Source: Paraspadella gotoi
Lineage: Eukaryota; Animalia; Chaetognatha
Reading direction: 5' to 3'
Assembly: GCA_051294375.1 (NCBI GenBank)
Contig: CM119263.1
Location: 17,280,171-17,344,170 of the forward strand
Length of the DNA stretch: 64,000 nucleotides
Shown here piece after piece: positions 37,923-50,300 of the stretch (position 1 is the first letter of the stretch; each line of letters opens with the position of its first letter). The position numbers and the translations under genes were made by a program. The notes beneath the pieces were generated by a model that saw only the letters and a list, made by a program, of their open reading frames with translations, did not search any database and had not been told where the DNA came from.

Positions 37923-40121
37923 GACACAATGAAAAATAACGTGGCGTTACTGTCTCGTGCTGATTTTGTCCCTTTTAAAATTGTTTCTGAGCCAAATTAA
38001 TTGATTATTACTTTTGGTAATATGTGCGATATACACTACTGGACATTACTGTGTCTGACCATAACCCTTGACCATCAACAAAAAAGCTAACTAGATCAAA
38101 AATAGTAAAAAAGATGTAGCAATATAGCTCGAAACGCTTACAAAATTTTAGACCATTGCTTTTATAAATGCAAAAAAAATATTAATATTATTAAAACAAA
38201 ATTTTAACGATAACTTAATAGTTAACCGAAACCAAGATGAATATTTTTTACCTATTATTTTTTCAATTTATATGAATCATATGTTTGTAATTAGTCAATT
38301 AATCTAAATAACAATATGACAAATTCATTTTCAATTTTTTTTATGAATGAGAAGTTTTTACTGCTTATTCCCTTGTGTTTAATTATCTAATATTTTTTAG
38401 GTATTTCCAAAAACCTTATATAATTACTATATTTTCCCTTTTTTTCAATTCTTTCAAATAAAAACAACATCATAAAAACATTTTAAATTAATAAAAAAAA
38501 ATTGATTGAATGATTTTGGAAAAAAATATTTTGAAATTTGAGAATAATGGATTTCGAGTTAGGAAAAAAAATTTACAATTCTAAAAAAATCAGCCTCTAG
38601 CCTTTCGATTTTTCTAGAGGCTGATTTTTTTATTTTTTTGATATTTTGATTTTCTATGCAAAACCATTATTCTCAATGAGCATAGGTCGGAGGAAATTTT
38701 TTTCGAACAATTTGAAAAAATTTTAGCTTTTTTAATTAGGCTTTTTTTAGGGAAATAAATAAATCAATTATTATACGATGGGTACATCTGAAAGTGATAT
38801 GTCTCTAAATAACAAAAAAATTTTCTTCAAGTTTTATTTTAAAATTTAAGTATTGTATCAATAAAAATAAGTGAGATACTCCCGCTTTGCCAAAATTTTT
38901 ATTTAACAAAGATTTGTACTGCGTAGTTTGAAAAAAGTTATTTTATTAAATAACTTTTGAAAGAAAAGAGCTAACAAGATGGGTGTGGTATCAAATTAAA
39001 GCCCTAATCATGGGACACCTTTCTAAAAAAGTTTTATTAAATTAAATCCATAAATCTTTACACAGCTTTTGTTTAAATCAGAGTTAAAAGTATAACAGTT
39101 TTTTGCTTTAAAAATTTTAATGAAGGCATATGAAATTTTTTATTTTTCTTTTGTAATTTGAAAAAGGAAAGACTGAATTACATTTTGATTATTATTAAAT
39201 TTTTTTTATTCCATAAAACTGCTTATATTTTTAAGTTAAAGTAAAAAACAAGCAAAAATTTATATTGTAGCTTGATAAATGTTTTTTTAAATATCAAAAA
39301 TGATAAATACAAAAATGTTTTCTTGTCTGTGAAAAAAAAATCCGGCATTTTTTATGATCTTTAACTGCAAACTAAAAGCTTGACACACTGCTTGTTTATC
39401 ATAATAAAGTTTTAAAAAATTATATAGCTGGCGATATATTTGACAAAGCAAGACATCATTGTATTAAATTGTATTGATAATTTTCTTTTAAATATAGCAA
39501 GGAATTTAATTCTATTATTTATCATCCATTTCAATTAAGAAAAAATATTTCTCTAATAGCCCATTAGAAAAGGTTCATTGACTGACTTAATGATCAAATT
39601 TTTTAAATATCTTTACTGCCCCCATTTCACAAGATATAAAAGGTTATGGTTATCATGTCAGTAAGTCCAGATTATCTGTACCCTTTATACAACCTGCATT
39701 CTGAATTTTCTTTTTTTTCCCTTTCAAATGTATTAAATAAAAAAAATTATTTGAGAGAACAATCGGCGTGGAGGATGCCATTGGTAAGCCTTAGTTACCC
39801 CACTTTCCGATCGAATTTTTAAATGAGGTTTTTTTCCATTTATTTGAGACATAACACTAACTATTGGTACTATTATTTTTTTAAATTTTTTTTATTACAA
39901 TTCTAGGAATAAATATGAATAAGTAACTTTTTTATAAAATTTATCATCTTTCACCCTATATTCGGTCATATCTAAAAAACAAAAAAAGATTTTGCATTGA
40001 TATTTTGGATATCGACATATGAAACTATAACGTTTCAAAAAATAAAAAGAAATATAATAATATTGAACAGTGAATTTTTTTATGCACGGAACAGTAACGT
40101 TACGCCATTTTTCATTGTGTC
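37923..40121. mobile_element. Non-autonomous TTAA-flanked DNA transposon (~2.2 kb), Kolobok-like termini
   Basis: TTAA|GACACAATGAAAAAT..CGTTACTGT ... ACAGTAACG..ATTTTTCATTGTGTC|TTAA. Imperfect TIR of ~38 bp. The RR...YY ends fit Kolobok rather than piggyBac (CC...GG). No ORF; internal hairpin at 38584-38630. Confidence 0.85.
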
Positions 40122-41495
40122 TTAAGGGCTTAGGCTTTGAGGCTTAGAACGGTAATTCCAATGTGTTGCGCCGCAGTGACTTTATTTTCACATGTATTTC
40201 TCTTAGATTTGAGGTTTTTTCTCTCTTAACAAATGAGCAAATTATATACATTTTTAATGTAAGTGGGACTGGACAGACATACCGACCGACATGTTTCGGC
40301 TTCAATGTAAGCCTTCATCAGGCGCAAAATAAATTCTTGATTTAAAAAAACTTTTTTCTCTTTTAATAGTATTATATATAAATTGTAAAATTACTATTCA
40401 ACTAAATTTTAAAGTAATTATATAATATTAAATATATTTTAATAAAATTTTAAATCTATTTACTTAATACATTTATTAGACAGGAGAGAGGGATGATAAT
40501 GTTGTCTTCTGAACATAGAAGGAAGACCAGGTTAAAAATATTTTCTCCCCTAGGTAAGGGTAGCTCCACTCAATGGGGAGAGTCAAAAATAAACAAATCT
40601 ATAGCTCTATACCACATTATTTTTTAAATATTTATTTATTAATAAAAAGGCTAAAATGTTTTTTTTTTTTTTTGAAAAAGTTAAATTTTAAAGCCAGATT
40701 CAGATAGTTCGTAAAAAGATGTCTGCACAAAATATATATTTTATTAAAAAATTTTGATTATAAGCGAGTTAAAAATAAGAGAAACTATAAAAAATCATCA
40801 TCATCATCTTCTTTCGACAATTTTATTAGTTTTTTTACATTTTTAATGGGAAAACATAATAACATAATAACCCATTATACCTTTAACTCTTTTTTTTATA
40901 TATCAGATATTATATAAAAACACCAAAGCCTGTCCAAAGTCATGGGCAAGATAGCTTATTTATTAAATAAACGGATAATTTTTAATAATAATAATTAATA
41001 TATAAATAAAATAATAATAATAATAATAATAATTTTATATTGGTTGTACCAATTTCAAACGTGACATGCTTTCCACCTCAACTTGAGTCTTTCAAACCCT
41101 GTTTGACTGCGGAGAAACGGACAAAACTACCACTGACTCAAACGGACCGAAACCAACCGATGCAGGAGCCGACACGGCAGGGCTGCTGCGGCGGTTCAGC
41201 TCAAGCAGTAGCAGGACCAGCAGTGCCTAAATAATGAGACATTCATTCTCTTTGATTCTTTGCTTTGACTAAGTCTGGTTACGGAAGAAAAGAACAAAGT
41301 AACTAAGAAACAAAGGTTTTTTTTAAAATAACACTCAAACGGGTTTTTAAATTACGCGGGAGGGTTCAATTGACAAAGGATGGTTGAGGGGTCTGATTAA
41401 TCGCCCGGACGAGCTACGGGCGGAAGCTTAGAGGGACGTTTGTTTCTCGGAAATGGAAACTAAAAATCTGTGAGTGAAAATTAGGAGAAGCGTAA

Positions 41496-41530
<35 letters not shown>

Positions 41531-41562
41531 GCCTCGACGTCTCGTTTTCCTCATCTCTTTTA

Positions 41563-41597
<35 letters not shown>

Positions 41598-41627
41598 CTT
41601 GCATCAGCAAAGCCAAAAGGGAAGTGA

Positions 41628-41733
<106 letters not shown>

Positions 41734-42377
41734 AAGACCGATGGCGGCTCGGTGGCTCAGTGGCAGGAAAGAGCTACTGAGATCGGAGCAGCAGTCTGAT
41801 TTTGAAACAGCTCTTTGTGTTTCCAAATAAGATGGAGAGCGAGACACTGAGAAATTAATGTCCACTCGCGCACACGCATAAAAAAACGAGACGGATCACG
41901 ATGGACCAAAATAAAAATCAATGAAGGAAAATGTTCACATCACCCATTTGTATGGCTCACCAACAACGAACTCACCTCTGCTTTAATTATTATGATACCT
42001 ACCAAAATATTGAGAAAAAAAAGCATTTTTTTCACGAAACCATAATTATCGTCACATCCGAGATTATGATGTCAATGACGAACATCTCGTCGATGAATTA
42101 ATGACGAGACAAGATCATCCTCTCAATTCGGTTCACATTAATCTCCAGAAACTGACAAGCTACTTGGCGTTTTAAGTAAGCATCGATGAACGATGAACGA
42201 ATAATTATATCACTGCCCTTCACCCTTCAGCCAAGGCTGCAGAATAAAACCACCAGAACTCCCATTTAGCATTCATGAATCACTTTGCAATGTCATGGAG
42301 GCGCTGACCCTCTTCCCGCGCGAATGAGACAGAGTTCAGAGCGGAAAAATTTAATACAGATTCCCCCTGCCTTTCAG

Positions 42378-44836
42378 ATGAAGGGCCATCCTTTGCTAGG
42401 CGGGTTGCCGTCTTCCCCACACAACGCTGGGGCTCCTGCCGTCCCGCCCAACATGGCCAATCTCGTCTTCCATCCTCAGCATCTATTCACCACAGGTTGG
42501 TGACCATTCAAAAACTTAGGACCTTCTTTCCTCTATTGTAAAATTTTTCTCCGTACGTACAGCATGTGGCCTGAATTTATTTTTATCTACGATTTTATTA
42601 CAGGGGATAAAAAACTTTAAATTTACTCCATGCAATTTTACCCACTTTAATTTTTTTTTTTCCCTCAATTTTATTTTTCATTAATGTTGATTGTTGAGGT
42701 ACAGATGTAAAATGTCATTTCTTTTCAGGGCTCGGGGTTCCATCCGCCGGATTGACTCCTCAAGGATTTCAACTTCGGGCCCCGGGGCCACCGATCGTCC
42801 CCCTTGCGAGCCACGGGTTAGGCCTGTCTCTGGCTGCTGCCAACTCCGCTGCCCTCGATCCCCACCAAAGACTCTCGTCCGCTGGTGCCGCCCCCGTCGC
42901 TGCCCCTCCTGCCTTGGTCCAGTATCCCGGTCAAAAAAACCTTTGCCAACCCGTCGCAGCTGCCGCCGTGTCCGCGCGATACGCCTCAACGGCACCTCCG
43001 GCCTCGGTGCCGCCGCTACCGGTGCCGCCGCCACCGCCACCTGCGTTGGAAGGAGGAAGCGGCGCGACTTTGCCGTCTTCTTCCGTCGCCGTCAAGTCAG
43101 AATCTTCAGAGACCGCCGATTCAAAGGCTAACAACGACCCCACCTCCACGGGCGCTAAGGAGGCGGAGAACCAAGTAAATGAAGAAACAGAATCCAAGGA
43201 GATGGCGGAAGAAGGCGCGGCACCGCCGATTTTAACAGATGGCCAAATGGACGCGGCACGATCTGGAGCTCCGACTCCGCAAACTGACGTTTCCACGCAA
43301 CTAACTGTAGTTGCCACCACGACGACGTCAACGACGACGACGACTGCCAACACGACGACGTCAACGACCGATACGCCAAAGCGTCTGCACGTCTCGAACA
43401 TTCCTTTCCGGTGAGGACTTAAGTGCTTTTTTGTATTTCGTATGATCAGGAAAGAATCATTAAGTTGTTTTAAGTTAGCTCAAAATATGTATTTCACTAA
43501 TTTCAAAGAAATTGAACGGAAAATTATTTTAACGATAGGGCGCAAAGTTCTATTAACTATTCACCGAATTCAAAATTATAAAATTTTGAGTTACCTGCAT
43601 AGAAATAAAAAAAAAATATGAAAACTTAATATTAACTTAATATAATGTCTTGTTCGAAAAGAAATAATATTGAAAGATTTTGTGATCTTTTTTAAATATA
43701 TATTATAAAATATATAGTAAAATATATATTATTATCAAATATATATTATATAATAATGATTGGGATAAAAAAACGGACGTAAATTAATTTTAAAACAGTA
43801 AATTGAAATTTGCAACTACGTAAAACAAAAATAAATTTTAAATTCGTTCAGCTTTTGAAAAATTTAAAATCAAATCCATTTTAATACAATGTAAGCCTAC
43901 GCCCTTACTTTCAGATTCCGAGACCCCGAACTTCGAGCGATGTTCGCCGGGTTCGGGCCCGTTCTTGACGTGGAAATTATTTTCAACGAGCGGGGATCGA
44001 AAGGTTTCGGATTTGTGACGTTTGCGCGATCCGCGGATGCGGATAAGGCACGGGCTAAGCTCGACGGCTCAGTAGTGGATGGTCGCAAGATCGAAGTGAA
44101 CAACGCGACGGCTCGCGTCCACTCGAAGCCGCGGCCAACTCCACCTGGGGCCATTACATCTGGGGCAACTCCTAACGGCGGAGTCGCTCTGTTCAAGAAT
44201 CTCGACAATCTTGCTTCGTCGTTGCTGGGCCCTCCGCCGACTGCCGATCCTCTTCGCAGCATTGGAGTCGCTGCCGCTGCCCTGCAGCACCAGCAACGAG
44301 CAGCGGCGGCGGCCGTCGCGGCAGCGCGCCCACTTGGCGCGTTCGTTCGTCCACCTGGTGGTGCAGGGTTGTTGCCGTCGGGTCTGCTGCCTTTACCTCA
44401 TTTGACGAGCCTACAACGACCGTCCCACCTTGGAACCATCCCTGGAAGCGTTCCAGGATTAACGCCATACAATCCTGCCGCTAATAACGCGATCATTCAG
44501 GATATACTGCTGCAAAGTTTGTTGCAGCAAGCCGCCGTGGCCGGTTTTCCGGCAGGGGCCGTGCCTCACCCTACGTCCACGGCCGGCGGAGGATTTCCAC
44601 CCGGGACGGCCGCCACACCTGGCGCCCCGTTACCCGTATCCGCAGCCGCTCTGGCTGCAGCGGCTCATTCGAATGCGACAGTTGCAGCGGCCGGTCAGGT
44701 TCCAGCGTCCAATTACTCAAATCCGTACGCATCTTTAGGCTCGGCGTCTCAGGAATCGTTCGGCCAATTGTCGGGAAGTATTGGTCCCATTCACAGCCGC
44801 ACAGGCAATTATCATCAGCGATTTACACCGTATTAA
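42378..44836 (+). CDS. Rbfox: RNA-binding protein Fox-1 homolog (~573 aa); exons 42378-42495, 42729-43410, 43915-44836 (upstream exons possible)
   Basis: [15 protein letters not shown]|[51 protein letters not shown], an Ala-rich C-terminus and the terminal RFTPY NLS. Phases 1 and 2 are consistent. Confidence 0.96.
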
Positions 44837-47311
44837 ACTTTTATATGAGTTCAGTAACGAATGCAAGTTAACCAAGAAAGCTCACTGCTTAAACGATTCT
44901 GCAAATAAAAAAGGCACAAAGCAAACGGGAAAAATGAAAGGATTGCTGCACAAACCATGCTTTTTCTAAAAATTAACTTCTAGATTGCAGAATTGCTACA
45001 GTAGATTTCGTCGCGCAACTTTCTCATATCATATATCTAGTGAATTTATGAATGAAATTATTCTACATAAGTTGCTTAATATAAAATTCATTTCCAAATG
45101 CTCACTTCGTCGAATGACCTAGAAGAATTTTTTTTTCCCCAGTGGTTCAGCAGTACTCTTACACTCAGTAAGAAATCTATTGTTGGTGGTTAGTTTTCTT
45201 GTGTTCATTTGATCAGTACTAATAAAGAACCGATCTTAGATAACATGACATTTATGGTTAGCACTATCTTTCCATCTGCTATTAAAAATTGGGCCTTTCA
45301 GTTGGTCTTTGGGGTGATACATTGCTACGTTTCCAATATTTAGCCTCCTGTCTCTAAAAATGCTCCTCAAAGAATCAATATTCCTATTACTCATGACTGA
45401 TTTTTCCCCAGCCACACCAAATGCAATTTTTTGAATTTGTTGACTTTCCTTGTTGTTTTGTTATTTCTTCACCTGTTTTTTAGTTGTGGTCTTTTTTTGG
45501 AATCTCCTCTGATTCATTTCATCACTTCCTCAGTCATGCCATATTTTTTCTCCAATTGCCATAATATGTGCAAATTAATTATTATAGTTATAATTTTTTT
45601 TTTCTATCGAATTTTGCTCTTTTTGTCTGTCTCTGCGAAAAACATGGGACGATTGAGAGAATATAGAAAATGAGAGGACGTTCCATCGGCCTTAGAAGCA
45701 CTTTTTAACGATTACGATTCGATATACGCTATCAGTATCTATTACACATTAAAAAGAATTTTTCGTCTTTCACCGTGGACCAAAATTATAATAATCTATT
45801 TTTAGCTATACGCGTAACGCCGTCGTCACAAAAAATTGTAGAAACTCCCGCCAATTCTTAGCCCTTTCTGTTTTAAAAGGATATTCAAATTTGTAGTTTA
45901 TTTTACGCTGTACTCGGCAAAACTTTTGCATGTAGTGCTCTATATTGGCCTTGGAAGGTCGTTTCATATCAGTATATTTCATCAATGTATCGTTACATAT
46001 AGGGTTTACTCAACTATTGATTTACGCTCTTTAAAATCGTACACTAGCATTATTGGCGTAATAATTGCTTCAGAACCGTTTTATAATGATTCTATTGATA
46101 TCATTAATATTAGTAATATGACATTCCAGTTCAAATCGTTAGTCGTAAATTCCTTTTTTTTTTTGTCTTCCCGCTATTTTCAGTCCAAATACTATATAGA
46201 AATACGAGGCACTGGACCCTTGGCCGACAAATTTTGTGTAAAAATTGTGTGGTATTTTTTAAAAAATCAGCAGAGTACAGAGTTGAATTGCCAAGATTCA
46301 AGTAAAAAAGGAGTAGTCAAAATCAATTTTATATAAACAGCACAGAATGCAATCTAACATTTAAATTCTGACCTCTTAGTAATGTTAATACGATAACGCA
46401 AAATTAATTTTTACAAGTAAAATTGGTTACGATTGTTTTTTGATTTTTAACGTTGTAGGTTACGATTTGTCATTTTGTCAAGTATTTTAATGGTACGCGT
46501 ATACATTTAGTGTCTAGTGGCATATATTCGAAATGCTTGAAATGAACATTTATCTAAATTGGAGAGAAATTTTTTTTGTATTTTGGTTATAGAATATTTA
46601 ATTTAGTTTTAACATTACTAGCTTATTCCTGATTGAGCTTAATTTATTAGGCCCAAAAACCTCTTTTCTTTTAATTTTGTAAATTTTTCCAAAATTTTTT
46701 TAATTATAAATTTTCAGTTGAGTTATGATGGCTCAATATGGGAAATACTATGAGATTTTTTTTAACATGTTTACAAATGAACTAATGTACTCTTATATTA
46801 AAATGTTTTAATTGATTTATTTTGCGATTTGCCGTACCATTTAACCCAGTGTCATTTTCGTATCACAAGTATTTTCTATGTTATCAGACATTATTTCTAT
46901 AGAATTGTTTCAATAAAAAAAATAAAATATGGGTACGAAAGTATCTTTACTATTCGTAAAGGATTGATTTTTCAACAAAAGATTATAGGTTATATTAGCG
47001 TTGAAGCTTTTGAAGTTTTTTGAATAGTGGAATTACACCGCTATTTATTGAAACAAAAGATGTCACTCGTGAAATTAGTGCTAAACCGTAAGATCAAACG
47101 CTGACGTTTTTGAAAATTGTCTTTATAGTATAGATTAGACTATACTTCAGTTAAACTAAAGTTAGGTTTCCCGAAGAACTATATAAAAACAAAAGACATT
47201 CGTAGCACAGAAGTTTTCAAATTCTTTCAAATTTCCTGCACAGAAGAGTGTGCAAATGTTTGTGCGAGTCTGTTATTAACGGAAGGTTGACTTCCTGACA
47301 AGTTTTTAGAT

Positions 47312-50300
47312 TTATACGATGCGAACAAAACTCCAATTCTTTAAAGGTGTAGAGCCGGAGTCATTGCACTCAATCCGCGATCGATCCTGAACTGTAAGGG
47401 CATGAATCTTTGCGGGAACGTATAGTCTGACGCTGAGACCGACGCCATCTCCATTGTCGGAATTAAACTTTGCAATCGTTTCCGCCATGTTGCGCGCGAA
47501 AAAGCAATTGCACACCATATGTAAAAGACTCAACGTTCTCGCCCCCTCGGAAGATTTTCTCGCCATTTCCAAGATTTCCGCAACTGCGATGATGTTGCCC
47601 CTGGGAAACCTGATTCCCGTCGAATATTCGACTTCTTCGGTGGACGGATCGTAAGATGACAAAATAAGCGCGGCATCCGTTCTCGTCGCCGCCGATCGGA
47701 GAAACTCGGACATGCCACGACGGGCAAAATCGTCGTGTTTAAAGACTCCGCCGGAGATGTTGGCGTTCGGCAGATGTCGCTGAACGTGCCTTTTGTCGGT
47801 GACGCAGTCGACGTCTCTGTAGGCTCCGCGCGGAACTCCGACGAAGAAAGCGGGGACGTCGTCGAAGGGAGGGACATCGGTATCAGACACACATGTCGCC
47901 TTTGTCATATTAATCGTGTGGAGACTCAGAACGTCTTTTCTACTATCGTCACAACTCGGTTGAATCTTTGAACTCAGCAGTAGTCGAGGATTTCCTTCTT
48001 TCTTAGTCTCGGCAGATTGAGAGAAAAATTCTCCAAAAGTTGGAATTTGGGCAAGCGACTTGGATCGAGAATATTCTTCATCTCTATTTGCTCCGACATA
48101 AGAGAAAAAGCGACGCGTTTCCGTCCATGAGACGCTCGTCCACTCTTCTTCGCTGGAGCAGGAATCGGTCTCAATTTTGGTCAACCTCGCGTCGGATGTT
48201 TTTTTGTTTATGTTCACCAAAACATTATCAGTGTTTATCTGATTAATAGGTTGAGAAAAATCGTTACTTTGACTTGAAAAAGGTTCCGCTCGTTTAGTTT
48301 TACCATTTTCTTTTAGAGTATCGATTTGGTTCCCCATCAGCTTTTCTTTTTGCGGTTGTATTAATTTACTGCTGCCGGTTTTCTTATTAGTTTGTTTAAA
48401 AATATTTTGACTTTTTTTCTGACCTTGGTTGATCCCTTCGTTTCTTCCTTCAGTTTTCGCTTTGTCTTTTTGCTTTACCCCTTTCACGCCTCCCGTTTGA
48501 ACTTCTTCTTCTGTCGCTTTTCGGTCACAACTTTTTCTCCTTTCTTTTCTAAAATTACCTTTTTCCACTTTAATTTTCCTCTCTTCTTTTCCTTCCTCTT
48601 CAATCTTTCTCTCTCCATTTAACTCGTCTTCTTCCACTTTAATTCCATCCCTTGCCTTTTCTTTTCCTTCCCTTTCTTTGTCTTCCGTTCTACCATTATT
48701 CGCAAGTTTTTCTTCTTTTTCCTCACTTTCCCCTACTGACTTAACTAGTACTGCTTGACTTTTCGTCCGTAATCCTCTGAGCTCCGGATGATTTTGACGG
48801 AACATCGTTTCTACTTGGTTTGACGGTCCCCAACGAATTCTCTCTTGATCGCCGCCTCCTTTATTCGCATCTCCATCTTTTTTCTTTACCTCCTTCCTCC
48901 ACGCCTCTTGTTTTTCTTTCTTTTTCCCACCATTTCTGTTTTCTTGACAATGATTTTTTTGTTTCCATTGGCTTACCATCTGTTCGTTTTTAATATCTTC
49001 ACGCTGCGCTCTTCTTTTTTTGACCTCGTTCCAAGGCTTCCGACTCATTTCATTCATTCCACGACTTTGATTTTCCGTAGTTAGGTCCTCATATCTACTC
49101 TGTTCCTCCCTACTTACTTGCATTCTACTACTTTCCTGTTCAGTAGTTCTGTTCTGGCTCTTCTTATTCTCCTTCCAATGTCCTTTCATCGTACTCCTTT
49201 CATTCTCTTTAGATTTGTTCAGCTTATCTCTATAATTTTTATTGGTCCCAGCCATGCCACTGTTATGCTTCTCTATGGTCCCTTTCGGAATCTCACTCTT
49301 CTGCTCCTTTTTAGAACTAAACATCCCCGAGGGGTGCATCATTTCTACCATTTTCTTCCCAGTTACCGTCATCCCACTTTTCGGCTCTCTCCCTTTTTCG
49401 ACCTTCCAGCTTTGGTCCTCTCTGCTGCATCCGGCATCTGCCAAGAGTTTTTTCGCCCGCGATTCCAACGCGTCTCCTCCTTCATTCGGGATCCGTCGCG
49501 TCATCCAGTCATCGATTTCGTCTGGGCCGAGATCTTCGAGCGAATCCCCAAATATCTCTCCTTCGCTTAAATCGTCAGCGTTCTCCGCATAACGGAGCGG
49601 CGACGGCGCATGAAGAAAATCGTCGCTGCCGCCGCATCTTAAATCATCGTTAATGATTTTCGGCGTTCGGCGAAGTTCCTCGTCCTCATGGACGTTTCCG
49701 GTCGCTTCGTCCAAGAGCGCGGTTGCCGAGCCTCCTTCTCCCATTTCCCAATCCCGACGCCTGCGTTTCTCCTCCTGCATCCTAATCTCTCTCTCCTCCC
49801 TCCTCTCCCTTTCCTCCTCTCGCCTTCTCAGCGTCAGCCTTTCTTCGCAGATGGCGCATCTTCTTCGACCACAAACGACCACCGGCGCCTTTTTCTTCTT
49901 CTTTCGCCTCGGCGTCCTTAATCCGGCGCCGAGAGAGAAATGGCGCCGGTGGGCGGCAGTCGAAGGTGGCGTTCGAAAAAAGACGTCGGGTGGAGATTGG
50001 AGAAAATCGGAGGAATTGAAGGCGTCGTTATTTCTCCCCGAAACCCTGGAGGACGAAGAACAAAACCCGTTAGGGTTAGAGTGAGAACTGGAAAGGGGAC
50101 GTGAATCGAAGTCCGTTGATAACACGTGATGTCGGCAGGCGTTGCTGGCAGAGAAACGCCTGATTGGGAGGTATTCGTCATTGCCCGTGCTGGCGCTTGT
50201 AGATGTGGAAGGACTTGGCTGAGGAGGTTGGCGCCGATCAATTCCGCTAATGTTTTTGTAAAAAAATTTAAACTTGGTTTAGATTTCTTTTCAAAACAAA

